DNA of 64,000 bases from Dudresnaya verticillata (lineage: Eukaryota). The position numbers and the translations under genes were made by a program. The notes below the pieces were generated by a model, which searched no databases, was not told the origin of the DNA, and saw only the letters and a program-made list of their open reading frames with translations. Of the stretch, positions 25,927-39,208 are shown one piece after another; within the stretch, counting starts at the first letter, position 1; every line of letters starts with the position of its first letter. The stretch covers positions 1,674,001 through 1,738,000 of the forward strand of contig OZ374559.1 of the NCBI GenBank assembly GCA_977862235.1. Direction: 5' to 3'.

Positions 25927-26765
25927 TGTGGTGCAACGCCCGAACAAGGGCGCAACCCCAGAACCAGAGTCCGAGTGGTCCTCCCACGGGTTGGTAGCAG
26001 GCGACGACGGTGAGGCCGACGCCGGTTGGGTGGTAGAGTTAGGGACACGGGGTGTGCCCCGGGTGGTTGAAACGGGGGCGGGGTCGACTGTAAACCCCCG
26101 GCCCACGTTGGAGTGCCGTGGTACACGTAGAACGATGAAGGCGATTACGCCGCTGAGTGCTGTTGAAGCCAGGCAATAGAACGGGGTACGTAAGCCCAAG
26201 TCGCGCGCGGTGTCGTCACCAGGTGCGAAGGTGGGGGTATCCTCGAGTTCCTAGGCCTGCTTAGCGCTTTACTGTGAGGGGGGTTCACCCCGTATACTAA
26301 GTATCCCCCGCGGGAGATGCGCGCGCGTGTGTGGCGCCGCGCGCTTGACACTTGGCATGCGCGCGCACCACGAGCTCACTAAAATATCGCGCAAAAATAC
26401 CTAGCGTAGAAATACTACTACCGCACTGTAAATCAGTGTAATCTAAGGGTGCGCATTGCTGGGGCGCACCCGAGCGAGGATTCCCTCGGATATATTCGGC
26501 GCGCGTGTTACGCGTGTACACGTGGAGACGTGTCGCCCGTGTGTGCTGTTGGCGCGTGCTGTACGGGCGCGCGCGCACCGTGCCAAGGGCGCGGTCCCCA
26601 TTGGCCGGATCTCGCACGCGCGGCATCCGCGCACAGGCCCATCCAAGCTGCCGGTAATCGGCGTATGTTATAGTCGCGGGTGATCCGCGTGTACCGTCGT
26701 CCGCTCACCGCGCGAGCGGGTGTAGCGATATAAAACCGGGTTTTCCCCCGGGGTCTTGCACTACA
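25927..26765 (-). repeat. 5' LTR of element B
   Basis: Direct repeat of 12939-13777; adjacent to PBS. Confidence 0.97.
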
Positions 26766-27035
26766 CCCATCATGAGGTCGCGGGTTCGTGCCAGAGGTTG
26801 TGTGCGCTTGAGCGCTGGAGAGTATTCCGCATTTGGTAACAGTAGCTCTATTCTCGTTCTTTTGGGTTTCTGATAGTGTGCAAAGGAGGTTTTGCTGCAA
26901 CTCAGACGCGAGTTGTGTTGTGGGGATTTTCTTCTGTCTGGCACTACTCTCAGTTGCGTTTTACAGCAGACCTGCTTGTTCTCCACTCGTTAACAGAACC
27001 GCAGAATCCTTGCTGGTATGGCACAAAGGCAATTA

Positions 27036-28214
27036 AAGTCAAAGCCCTCTAAGTGGAACCACTCCGTGGAATGGGGTAAGTTCTACTTATCGAGAGGTTT
27101 CAGTTGGAGGGAGGCATACAGTACACGTGTCTCAGATTTATTTGAAGAATTGATCAACGCGGGTTTGTCGCATGCGCAGTCCTTTCTCGCCCTGTAGATT
27201 CATCAGGCCTCTGAACAACTTGTTATCTTCCCCTTGACGAGCACCGACAATGCACTTCACACGAGGGATGGCAGCCAATTGCTCCTGTAATGAACCAAGA
27301 TGGGTAGGCTCGGTTGGTTCCTCAACCCTGATCTCATCGGTAGCACGTCCCTCCCGAACCCCTGCATTGACCACTGAGTCCACCATGTCCGTCTCCGTTG
27401 TAACCTTTGTGACCTCCATCTCGTCTTCCCAGCACAAAAGCTCCGATATAGGAATGCGCCTGTGCTCGGGCACTACGGAAGAAATTAAAGAATTGACATC
27501 CTCCGCTTCGAAGTTCGGCTCTTCTGTGCACTGTACAGTTCCCTCCATTGTGCTAGTTACATTCGATCCCATCAAACCAGTTGTACGCCAACAATTCGAA
27601 ATTGTTTCGGCCGTGATTTCCTTCCATACATAAGTAAGCCACCTCATTGCAGAAAGTATGTCCACTTTGTAAATTTCCCCAGCCCCGATGTCTGCTAAAT
27701 CTACGGCGTATTCCATTTGACGCCATCTATAACGGAGTTTCATTACCGCAATAATTCCGGCGTCGAGAGGCTGCAGTCGACTTGTTGTGTTGGGAGGAAG
27801 GAATTGCACAGAAACGTTCTGTAGTGGCGGCAGAGAATCAATGGAGCCATGAGCAGAGCAATTTTCCATCAAGAGCAGGACGTGTCTACTCGGAGCTTTT
27901 CGAACGTAGGCGTCAAATGCGAACAACCAATCAGTAAAAAGCACAGATGTCATCCATGCCCTCTTGTTGCTCTTGTAGCTCAGGCCCAACTCTTCTGGTT
28001 TTTTCCTTTTGAAAACCCTCGGTGGCGTTGCAGTACCAATGAAAAACAATGGCACCTTTTCTGAGCCATCTGCGTTACAGCAGCACATAAACATGAACCT
28101 AGACTTTTGTTTCTTGCGGCCAGAGAAAGCGCAGCTGGCTATGGTTCTGTCTGGTGCCATTTTCCAAAACAATCCCGACTCATCGCAGTTGAATACATCT
28201 TTTGGACTGTATTG
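27036..28214 (-). mobile_element. pogo/Tigger-like (Tc1-mariner, DDE_1) DNA transposon, 3' half; truncated by the LTR of element C
   Basis: Transposase 28214-27138: VFNCDESGLFWK, NADGSEK, AWMTSVLF, LLMENCSAH, FLPPNTTSRLQPLDAGII; pogo-like end TA-AAGTCAAAGCCCTCTAAGTGGAA at ~27034. Confidence 0.9.
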
Positions 28215-29126
28215 TGTGGTGCAAACGACCTTGACGGAACACCGCCGAGCAGTTCGGGGCTCGGTGGGTAGTGACGCCCGTGGCGGTGAGTAACCTCGCC
28301 TTGGGCGACTTGTGGTAGAGCAGTTGACACGCCTTGGACGGACTGTAAACGCCCGAGGCGGAAAGGAAGAACAAAAGAGAACAAAAAGAGAACATGTCAA
28401 AGACGGGTAGAGACGTGGAAGCACGGGAGGTAGACGCTTAGCCGTAGGCAGTGGTAGGGTACGCGCGTGCGGAACGGGGAAGTCTGGACCAAGGCCGGCT
28501 TGCCAGGAGTTTATCTCAACGTCTGAGACGGATCAACTAAGTATAGAACTACCTAGCGGCGGCGACGCGTGCGTACACGCCGCGCGGGAGCTCGGGACAC
28601 GTGTTGTCCGGAGGCGCGTCTGACAGATCCGTCCGTCATGCAGCCGCGCTCCTGACAAATAACGGGTAGTTTCCCCGCTCGAGTCCTTACACTTACACGT
28701 GGATGTACTTCCTTACAGCCCCACGCGCCCCATGGTGCGCGCGATCTCGATCCGCACTAATCCCGATCCAGTCCGGATTCGGGCCAGCCATGCGGATGTG
28801 CCAGGCTTACAGGCGCGTGCCTTACACATCTTAATCCCGATATCTGATCCCGATGTGGGATCCCGAGGATCCGGATCCGGGCCACGCTTACAGCGAACGT
28901 TCCCGCCACTGTGCCATGCGCGTACGCGTGGCGCCGTACAGTGTCCCGGGTTCAGGCGTGCGGTCTGCACGCCAAGCGAGCCGTTCTGGCCCGAGTGGCC
29001 AGCGGCATGCGTCGCTGACATGTTTGCGCCGTAGGCGGGTTTTGTGCGCCGTTAGCGGTCGCCCGTCGGTAGACGCGGAATATCAAACCGCTTGCAAGCG
29101 AAAAAGGGACCCCCCTTGGCACTACA
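28215..29126 (-). repeat. 3' LTR of element C
   Basis: TGTGGTGCAA...GGCACTACA; PPT GGAGGGGGTCG at 29127-29137 (minus); similar to 54209-55122. Confidence 0.95.
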
Positions 29127-29572
29127 CGACCCCCTCCGAAAACGCGAACACGTCAACTTGCTTCAACCTGCCGCCCGTCCTGCGTCCGGGCCGATCGTTT
29201 GCGTTATCCGCACCTGCGCGTGTTGCAATTGCCCACCCTTGGCGTTGTTTGAGCCCCGTCGAAGACGCACGTTCAGCTTCCCCCGCCCTTGGCGCAAGAA
29301 CATTCCGCGTCGAAGACGTATGTTTGACTAACTTCGCCAGTGGCGCGTGTGAAACCCCGTCTGTGACGTCGTATCCGTGCACGCGTTCGTGCATCTGTCG
29401 CCGAGGGCGTGTGTTCGAGTTCCGTCTTCGGCGTTATTTTGTCCAACGTCGTTGACGTGTTTTTGACGGTATCCGCCTTTGGCGTAGTTGACCTGACTCA
29501 GAGTCAAGACCGTCGTTGACGTATCGTGCGAACTCCGCCAGCGGCGTATGATTGCGTAGCGTCTCGGACGTA

Positions 29573-31875
29573 ATGGCACAGTTCAATGGCCTTCAAGTGA
29601 CTGCGCCCTCGGCGGCGCCGTATCCGTCGCCTTTCGACTTCGTCGGGAGGACTCCCCGCAACGATGCGAGATTATTCTCGCGGGCCCCCTGGTTCGACCA
29701 GGAGGCCCTGTGGCACGAGGACCTCATCACCCATTACGCTGTGAGCGGATTTTTGCCAGGGGAGTTACCCCTGGCCATCGTGTGGACGAACGAGTGGCGC
29801 CATCGGTGTGCCATTCCGAGAGGCTGGCTGCGTGTTGCAGCCGGTCAGACGCGTGCAGATGCGCATGCGCGTTTCGTCGTGGACGTGTATCGGCGGTTTA
29901 CCCGCTATCCGGGGTCGGTATTGACGCCCACCGTCTTTGAGTTCGACGCAGGGCAGTATCGCACCAATGGTGAGGTTGGGTATGGGGGCCGTCTTGGGAC
30001 GTTGTCACTAAGCCATGTGGGTTTCGGCTGAGCCGCGGGTGCTTCAGGAGGCTAACCTCCTTGGTGTACGCTTGAAAGCGGATTTCCGATACTTGCATAG
30101 AACGGGCACCTTCTATTGGGAGCGCTGCGTCCGTTGGGAATGCGAAACGCGCCGCCGCAAATGCGTTTTTGTGCCGTATCAAGATACGCAAGTCGATCGC
30201 ATTGAGCGGGAAAAGTTGCCGCATTGCTTCATTCTCGTCCCGCCGTTGTGGCGGGACTTTGAGGTCTGCGAGGGCTTTGCGGCTGAATTGGCTCCGTATG
30301 TCACGTATATTGGCTCCGAGTTGCGAACGGGTCCGTACTCTCGATGTTGGATCGTGTTTTTCACCGAGTGGGTTATCAACGTAACTTATGCATGGATGTG
30401 GGAGGTTTATGACACCTTCCGGCTCTATTATGTGCCGCCACGCGTGGTCAGCCTCCTTGGCGGGCTTGACTTGGCCGAAGTGCTGGGTGGTGCCAAAAAC
30501 TGCCAAGAGTTCTGGCATCTACGCCATGTGGCTGATAACGTCAACTGGGACGATCCGGCTGTTGTGCGGCCGAGAAACAGGCGCCGTAAGGCAAACCGTC
30601 CGCGTTACGCGATGAGTAGAAACCATTCCGCCTGTGGCGATTGGGTGTGGTACAACCCGTGGACCAAACTTCTTACGACGGAGAACATCGCTGAGAGTCA
30701 TCGTTGTACGGACCGCTTCACGCCAGCGAATCACCCACGTGGGTTGCGCGAGAATTGCGACTTTGCGGGGGATTTCCCACCCCACTTGAGCGCCCTGATG
30801 GCGGAGGGGGATGCTTTCCACGCTAACAGCGGACCGGTTAACCAGTCTGGGACGGAAGTCATTACGCCTATGGCGGTTGGGCTTACTGCGGGGGCGACAG
30901 CTCCCACGACGACTTCGCCAGCGGCGGTAGGACCATCGGCTGTTGTGCCTGTTGGCTTGCCGTCTGTTTCGCCATTGGATCTCTCCGCGCCCGTCAATGA
31001 CGTTGATGGTGATTCCATCATGGCTGCGCCCGTGGCGAGTTCTGCGCATGCAGTTACGCCTCAAGGCGGCTTTGTCCAACGTCGCTGACGGTGCAAATTG
31101 CCCTCCTGCAGTGCCCAAATGGACTGAGGAGCAGTGCCGCACGGTGCTCGCATTCTTGCGAGCCACTGGTATCGTCGCTGACGGGTCGGGCGGGTCATCC
31201 ACGACGCCCCTCGGGCACTCGCTGCTGGCTGCTCTGCAGCCCAAAGTTGCTGCGGTTCCGGCGTCGACCGTCGTTGCGACTGTGCCGTCTAACGACGAAG
31301 GTGCGGCGTCTAATGGCGGAGTGGCGAAAAAGCCTTTGTCACCTAAGGCGGGTTGTGCGGGTTCATCCGCCATTGCGTCCACTGACGTTGTTAACAAAAG
31401 TCCGCCAAACGCGAGTGCGGTGGCGGCGCCTACGGCAGTTCCGCAGGCTCCAGTAGACTCTTCGTCAGTGACGGATGTTGATCGTTCAACGCCTTTGGCG
31501 GTTAATGCGGTCCCGTCACCGGAGGTGCCGGGGCCGTCGACTTCGCCCAAGGCGGTTGAGGATGCTCCGCCGCCAGCGGCGAGTGAGCTTCCTGGTGTAG
31601 CGCCTAAGGCGGATAATGACTCTAACACTGCGCCTATGGCGTTTGATGAACAGTCGTCGCCTAAGGCGGGTTGTGAGCCAGGCGCGTCGCCAGCGGCGGA
31701 TGTCGCGACTTCGACAGCAGTGGTTGTGGCGGGTCCCTTGCGGTCCGTCCCTGCCCCTGCTGCGAGCCCACCGTCGGTGACGGAAGACGACCTCTGCAAA
31801 GAGGCTTTAAGAGAATCCGCCAACGGCGTCGGGGATGATGCCCTGTCTGAGCCGTCTGCGACGAAAAAGGCGTAG
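29573..31875 (+). pseudogene. Antisense extra ORF of element C (frameshifted)
   Basis: ORFs 29552-30031, 30015-31088 and 30943-31875 are closely similar to the antisense ORF of A (FNGLQVTAPSAAP, YRTNGEV, WMWEVYDTFR, SVTEDDL). Confidence 0.87.
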
Positions 31876-33075
31876 CCTTTGTGGGATCGTTAAGAACGGT
31901 TAGCAAACGCGAGAACGCGTGTGGTGTCGCTTTGCCTGCCCCGAAGCGGGGTGGCGAACGAGGGATTTATACGTCATGGACGGTTAGTGCAGCGTCTCGC
32001 GACGTAGGTCGTAGTGAGAAGTCATACGGGCACGAGGGTTACCCCCGCTTGTGAAGTCCGAATACACTTGACCGTTGTCAAACGTAGTCGCTTGTGGTGT
32101 AGAGCGCTGCAATAGCGAGTAGTGTGTAGCCGACGGGTCGCGTTCGTGTCCTCGTCTTCGTTGTCGGTTCGCTGTAGTAGCGCTTGCGTAAGTGCTTGGG
32201 GTGGTGTCGCCTTGTCGTCGTCCTCCTTATTGTTGCCGCTACAGTAGCGTAGCCCCTTTTTGGGGGAGCCCATGTTGTTAGTCCGACTTAGTCGTTTTGT
32301 TCACATCGTGATTCCGCTTGCTAAGCGATTGCTTACATATTCCAATATGTAGTTAGTGGGCCGTTGCTTGGGCTTTCCGTCATTGACGTAGGAAACGTTG
32401 GGTTAGCGTCGGCTACGGCTAGGTTGGCGATGCCCTGCGTATTGGACGCGTCCCCTGCGACTCCCGGGCACGGTTGCCACGCCCAGCGGCGGAGGCATTT
32501 TTGCGACTAGCGCGTCGTGGACGAAACGTAGCCTAACTCCGTCTTCGACGACTGGTTCTTCTCTCGTGTTTGCGGGCGACCCCTTTTTCGACTTTAGACA
32601 CGTCGTTGATGTTCGTGGGCGTCACCCTCGAGGCGGTTGCGTGCGCCGCCCGTAAGGGTGGCGAGTTTCGGACTTGGCCGTGGGTGGCGCGCCTGGGCGA
32701 GGACGTGGGAGACGGTGTGTCGCGTCCGTGCTTGGTTTGCCTCGTGGGCGCTCGTAGTGCTGGGGCACACACTTGTAAGGTTCTCGTTTGTTGGGCGCCG
32801 CCTGGCTGGCGTTATTGTTTTCACATTAAAATTTTCCATTTCGTTTGTTGCCCGATTTCGTGTGGTGCGTGCGCCCTCCACGCCTTCTGACTACTGTCAG
32901 CTGTTCTGTCCTTACGGACCCCCTCCGAAGAGGGTTGCCTATTCGCGTGTCGCCAACTCAATCGTCCTTGATGCGGTTGATTACAGCCCCCTTCGTCCGT
33001 AACGAGTACACGTCCGCGTCAACCCGTATGAGGATGTGGCGTGTGTTTCGCTTCCAGCGTCCGCCCTGACTAGGG

Positions 33076-35361
33076 TTACCTGCGTTGCGCGTCGTCGATG
33101 TTTGGCGGTAGGCGCGTGTGCTTCTGACGGTGATACCACACAACGTGCGATCTCAGTAGACTGAACACTGGTTCCCAGGTATTCGCTGAAGCGGGGTATC
33201 CAAACCACTTGACGCGGTAGAGGATCTCACCGTCTTCTGCGTGTGCGTGCGACTCAACCCGTTCGATAACGTACTCCTTCTCGCTTGTAGCGATCGACGT
33301 GGGCTCCTGCCGTTCTAACGCCTTGGGCAGTTCACTTCGTTGCGTGATGGGCGTCTGCACCGGTTCTGCAAACCGTACTCGACGAGTCGATCGCCTAAGG
33401 CACTGGGTCGGTGCCCCGAGCGCTTGTGTAGCGGGTTATGGTTCTTCGCTTTTGCGTACTGGTTCCTCGCTTCCAGCGGCGTCCTTCGCGTTAGCGCGGT
33501 CTTCCTCATCGTCAGTCGATGCGCTCGAAATGGGAGCTACCTTGGTGGCCGGCGAAGCCGAGGTTGCGTGTCCCATTCGTGTACGGATGCCTGGACTCTC
33601 CTCCTCGTTGGAAACGGATTGCGAGACCCCGTCGTCAGGGTTGGCGGCGAAGGGCGAGAGCTCTGCCAACCCACGACTTCGCGGCGTTGCGTCCGTCCGC
33701 TCCTGCGAGTCTTCCGCGCTTCGCGGTGTCCCTGTGACTCCTGCTGGGTCCGCCTGTGGCGTGTCTGGGGTTCCTGCTCTTTCGTCGGTTGGCGTGGGTG
33801 CAGTGGGCCCCGGTCCTTCAGGTGGTCCCGGTAATTGCACGGTTGCGGGGGCGGTGTGCTCTGGTGGGGTTGGCGCCCATACCACGCGGTTCCGGGATAA
33901 CCGTTCGCGTTCTCCACGTCCCTTGTCGACGGTAACTGTCTCGTCGTTGACGTGAGTTACTCGATAGGGTCCATCCGCCACAGGCGCGAGCTTGTGCTTG
34001 CGTTCTGAGCGATCGGTGCTCCCGCCGCGGGCGAAGTATTCCTTCCGCATGAATGCAAAGTCGCCAACAGCGATGTTCTCCTTCTATTTCCTCAGACGAG
34101 TATCGAAGTTCCGTTTGTAACGCGCCTTCGTTTTTGCGAGCGACGCTTTAGCGGTTACCATCAATGCGGACAGCCAGGTTCGCCACTTGATGTAGTACAG
34201 TCCGGCAGTGAGTACGCTTTCAAGAGACGGCTCCGCTTCCAGCGACAATGGCCGCGGGGGCTTAGATAGCACCAGCTCGAATGGGGCGAGGTGGGTAGAC
34301 GAGTGCAGTTTCGTATTGTACGCGAACGTCAGAGCATCGGTGAACAAATCCCAGTCCCTTAGGTGGTCTGCTACGTAGTGACGCAGGGAGGCGAGGATTG
34401 TTCGAGTGAATCGTTCCACTTGGCCGTTACACTGCGGATGGTACGTAGTGGTGAAGAGATTCTCCACCCCTAAGATTCGACAGACGTCCTGGAACAACTT
34501 AGCTACAAATTACGGCCCATTGTCGGACAGCAGCTTCTTGGGTGGGCCATACACAAACACCCAGTGTCGAACAAACGCCTTAGCGATTTCCAATACCGTA
34601 ATCTTACGTAAGGGAACCATCCCTACCAGCTTTGAGAAGCGGTCCACGATGACGAGTAGGAACTTATTCCCCCGCTTAGTGCGTATGAGCTCCCCGAGTA
34701 TATCGATGGACACAAACTCGAGAGGCTCGGTTGCTGGGAACAGTTTCATCTCCTTCACGTTCTTTCGCATCAGTACCCGGTTCTTCGCGCAGGTAACGCA
34801 ATTGCGGACGGTCGCGTAACAATCCACCGACATAGACGGCCAATAATACTCGCGTCGAAGCGTATGGTACAGCTTCCGCCCTCCGGGATGTCCTGCTAAT
34901 TTAGCTTGATGCCGGAGATGGAGCAATCGAACGCGTAACGCGGATGGTACAACGACTTGGGGTCAGGCCTCGACGGTCCGAACCAATAGTCCCTGTTCAT
35001 CCGTTGCAAACGGTAGGGTGTCTCCGTCGTCTAGACGTTTCCGGATCTCGGAACAGTACTGGTCACTGCCCTGAGCATGCACCAACTCTTCATACGTCAA
35101 TTGACGGAGGAGCACTTCATCCGCCGGTGGCGCGCTGGTAACCAACATCTGGTCGAACGCCTCGAACTCTCGTTCGGAGAAATCGACTTCGCCCTGGCGT
35201 TTGACATATCGCTTTCTGCGTGAGCGTAGCCGTCCTCTGACGAGTGATCCCCGTCCTTGACGCAACTTCTGTGGTAACACGGGATATCATCGTCAATTGG
35301 TTCGACAGTTTCCCCGCTCGTCTGTAGATGTGAGAGGGCATCTGCCTGAGTATTCAGGTAT
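33076..35361 (-). pseudogene. pol: pol of element C, 3' part: RNase H end, integrase, chromodomain
   Basis: YLNTQADALS, HPGGRKLY, SDNGP*, QVERF, EYVIERVESH...WFGYPASANTWEP. Confidence 0.93.
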
Positions 35362-36130
35362 AACACTAATTTCGCCGGCTACAGAATTTCCAAAACAGAA
35401 CAGAATTTTTTGAGGGTCCTTGAATCCCGGCGTTCGATAGCGCGTTGGAAAGGGGGCGCTACCCTGAGAATAGTGGTGCAAACAGATCGGAGCAAACGCA
35501 AATATTTTCGGAGTTATGCGCTCCGGCATATGGGCCCCGGGTGGAAAGTTCCCGAAAGTTGTGATTTTTCCGAAAAGTTCCAATTAAAAATTATCCAGAA
35601 ATTGATTCTGGCCCGTCCCGCCGCCCGCGCCCCCGCCCCCCGACCGCACACCGCATTCTGGCGACTTCCCGCCGCATTCCGACGCGCTCGGACTTGGCTT
35701 CCCACCGCATTCCGACGCGCGCTCGGCCACCTCCCCACGTCCGACAGCCACTCCCACAATCACCCTTCCTGGTGCTGCTACTGGCCCACGCATTCCGCAT
35801 TCCGGCGCGTGCGCACGCGCTCTGCTTCTGCCTTGCGCGTAATGAGGCGCGCTTCCCCACCCCCTCCCAGACCCGTAGTGCCGCTCCCCGCCCCAGTCCG
35901 GCCTGTGACCGCACTCTGTCTCACGCTCCCTGCCGTTCACCGACACCTCGCCGTCACCCTCCCCCGCGCTCCTGCGCACCGCGCCCGGCCGCATTCTGAC
36001 ACGTCCTCACAACTGGGCCCACTACCCGCCCGACCTGGTACACTACCGGGTAGCTAAGCCGCTTGCACACCCGCGGTTCAGACTTAGCTTGTGGCGTAGG
36101 CGGGCGCTACAGGCGTCGAATGGCCTTGCA
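35362..36130 (+). repeat. Left terminal inverted repeat (~770 bp)
   Basis: Near-identical reverse complement of 49118-48550, then similarity to ~48110; multiple CCGCATTC motifs. Confidence 0.93.
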
Positions 36131-36189
36131 TTTCTCGTGTGCTGCATCAACCCGAGAGTACACTTTACTGGTTGTAGCTGTTTCTCGTA

Positions 36190-39100
36190 TCAAGAGCCGG
36201 CATACCTAACTAACAACGGCGATTCTCTGACTCTCTTCTGGACGAGCTGCGGTAGACGTCCCTTCGTAAGAGCTTCGAATTCGACCATTACGGTCGCGAC
36301 GCCGACAGTACCAGTCCATGGCTGCTTAGTCGCTGAGTATATGGATGCCTTGTACTTTCCGTCCCAAGCACCCTTACCGTCATACGCCTCGTACCATCTT
36401 ATATACAGCTCAGTAGCCTTTCCCGTAGCGTCCTGCACAACATCTAGAATCTGTCCAATCCAAAATGTGCATCGTGCGGTGGCGTTCTCCCTCACAACGG
36501 CAACGAAGTAGTTCTTCGTGTACTGCAGGTCTGAAGAGGGGGTCACAGTCTCCTCCTCACCGTCATCCCCTTCCGGTACGTACTCCAGCGCCGCTCTTCC
36601 GCTGTACTTTCCCCTTGTCTCAAATATGTGTCCCATATCCCAATGAAACGTTTCCAGCCTATCTCTGTACACGTAGTCCCGCAATTCCTGCAGCTCCCTC
36701 ATCTTTCCCGTGTCATTCACACGTATCTCTTCAGAACGAAACCTGTCGTTGACTTCCTTCAAATCTGGCGGCGATTTGACCGCTGTTGCTGGAGTCTTGC
36801 CAAGGTCAGGAGGGGATAGTATGAACCCCTTATCCTCTCCTCCTGTCTGCAACGGAACCCAGTCATCCGCGCATGTCATTCTTAATTGACAGCCTGTCAC
36901 GAAAGCTGCAACAGATTCTGCCTCTTCCGTCGCAGCTGGACCCACACGGTGGAATCTGAAATAGCGATAGGTCGTGAATGCCTCAACATTACCAATGCAT
37001 CCTTCCTGTCGACACAGGCCTGAGAAATTCACAATTTGAAGCATGCGACTGACAACTGGTTCTAGACTGTACGACTGCCGAAGCTCTTCCATCAATTCTG
37101 TCATTGTGACTGCGTCCCGAACTTTAAGCCGGCGTGCCGTGCACGAAAAGGCCTGATCTATATCTGTGTGAGTGTGCCCGACGGGCAGGAAAGACACGAA
37201 GACCTCTTGGAACACACCCCATGCAACGAGACTCTCCAGGTATGAGAACAAAAAAGGTATTTTTGTTCTCTCTCGAACAGTTGTCTACTTGTAGAAATAA
37301 AGTCCCTTGTAGCTCTCCTCTGGACTGTTTGTCCGCAAGCGTTCTGTGCAACGCCTCGATAATGTGGTTCGCGCCGGTATCGAATTCACCGGTCATTGTG
37401 TACAAGTGCAGACGCTTCTCAGCCCTGTGTTCAAGCACCCCAATAAGTTTCGGTTTCATGGCATGCCCAATGCTGGCTTTGGACGACACCACAAAATGGG
37501 GAAGTCCAAATGCGGACTGATCAGCACCATCCACTATGAGGGAGCAATACTCTTGCGGCAATAGTATCGCCTTCTCACATTTTTCTGATATTCACGTCTC
37601 TCTGCCTGTATGAATTTCAAGTGAATGTTGCGCCGCTCATGCAGGTGTTCAGTGCCTGCTCCAGAGGTCCCTGCCTGAGCAAGTCGCTCGCGAATGAGTT
37701 CGCATTCGCTGCACTTTGCAAATCGGTGTGTCTTTCGCACCTTAATGCGGGAGCAACTGTGTTTCCATACAAAGTAAAAGTAACTCTGACACGGAATTTC
37801 CCTGTTTCTGTACAGCCTGGTGTGGTACAATTTGAATATGTCATACACAACTGATTTCTGAAAATAGGGGAGGTGTGACTCCCCGTTATCGGGCATTGGT
37901 TCAGCAGTGCTGTCTGCAAGACGTTCAAGGAAGCAAATGATAGCATCCTGCTGATGGGATGAGGTATCACGCCTCGCATTGTTTGGGAGCTGCAGCTTCC
38001 GGGACTGCCTCGTGCCTTTTACAGAGGTCTGTAAGTCACGGGAGAATCCAAAGGCCTGCTCCAGAAAGTTGTAACAGACAGGCTGGCGGTTGAAAAAGTA
38101 TTTCATCTTTATCGTGTCCAACAGATTGCGAAGATACGTTCGCCTTGCTTCCGTTCATTCCGGCAATTCTGCGCGCCTCCGCCTTTAAGTACACTTGCTC
38201 CACACTTTGGAATCATTTGTTCCCGATGCAGCATCTCATTGACTGCGTGTTTGCGCGTTCCAGGTCTTTGAAGAGGTTCTTATGTCTCTTCTGAAGACTT
38301 CCTCTCCCACTGAATGTCTGCTGCTTTCTCTCCCTGTAAGTATACTTTCGCTTCGTCCTGACCTGCACCTTCTGAAAAGGGTCATACGCATCGTCATCAC
38401 TTTCCGACACGTGTCGTACGGCGTCCGCATCATCATGGCTGGCCTCCCTCAAATGCTCTCGCGGTTCACTCAATTCCTCACTGCTCGGAGCATTGCCAGG
38501 CGGGGGTGTTGTTCGAATTGACCGCGCTGCGGCATCCGCTTGCGGCCCGGCACTTTGTTGGAGGGGTGATGCTGGCCTTGTCGTTTCAACTGGTGTCATC
38601 TGCTGGCTCGATGCGGTAGGGGCCACCGCTGCGGAATTGTGTTCTGCAGTTGACGTCGGGGGGCAATTGCTCAGTATTCGGTAAATTCTGCGACGAACTA
38701 TGCCCTGTCGTGGAGAGTACAACCATCTCTGGCACAACGGCGCGATTTCTCGATTGCCGAGCTCCTGAATGTAGTTCACATCCCATGCATGAAAACCCCC
38801 ACCCATCTCCCCAAGTGTGTGCGGAACTGAGTCCGTTGTCTTGTACTTGTATTTGTACTGAAGTTTCTCATACGGTTGCATGATTTGTGCTCGGTAAACC
38901 ACAACCACATTCTCCCCTTTTTTCTGACTGGGAGACAATTTGTGGCCATGCAGGGTGACACAATACCTGCCAGATTGGTCTGCGTCCTCTTTTGTCCCCG
39001 GTCTCTTGACAATAGCAGTGCCGACCATTTCTCTGTCATACAGAAGAGCAACACGCCCTTCGTCGCGCGCGTTTCCTCCTCCTTTCTTTGCTTCATTTTC

Positions 39101-39208
39101 TCGCTCAGCGAAATCCGTAGTTGACGGGCTCATTTCCATGTCGTTCAAAATGTCCTTCCGCGACGGCATCTGCACACAGCTTGTGAGAGTGCCACTCGTT
39201 CCCTTCAC
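36190..39208 (-). pseudogene. Sola1-like DDD transposase (one gene broken by a stop and frameshifts)
   Basis: CC..KxF, PVCYNFL, FAKCSEC, LIVDGADQ, LQVDNCSRENKN, FLPVGHTHTDIDQAFS; ORFs 39208-38213, 38121-37534, 37561-37124 and 37251-36190 are colinear. Confidence 0.82.

Larger units (their letters stand above)
12939..26765 (-). mobile_element. Full-length Ty3/Gypsy LTR retrotransposon B (13.8 kb)
   Basis: Two 839-bp LTRs with ~7 differences, TSD CCCGT/CCCAT, PBS, PPT, gag-PR-RT-RH-IN-chromodomain order. Confidence 0.97.

Noticed and set aside
27138..28424. 428-aa ORF as an intact transposase or LTR-transposase fusion gene
   Set aside because: The first ~70 codons are LTR sequence joined in frame by chance; the DNA-binding N-terminus is missing and the second Asp reads Glu
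30519..31823. Long ORFs opposite the antisense genes and pol linkers
   Set aside because: Shadow ORFs of GC-rich, Ala/Pro/Ser-rich coding sequence
35364..35368. CACTA pentamer near the transposon ends suggesting a CACTA/En-Spm element
   Set aside because: The inverted repeat extends 2 nt further (AACACTA) and the duplication is 4 bp (GTAT), not 3 bp; the transposase motifs are Sola-like
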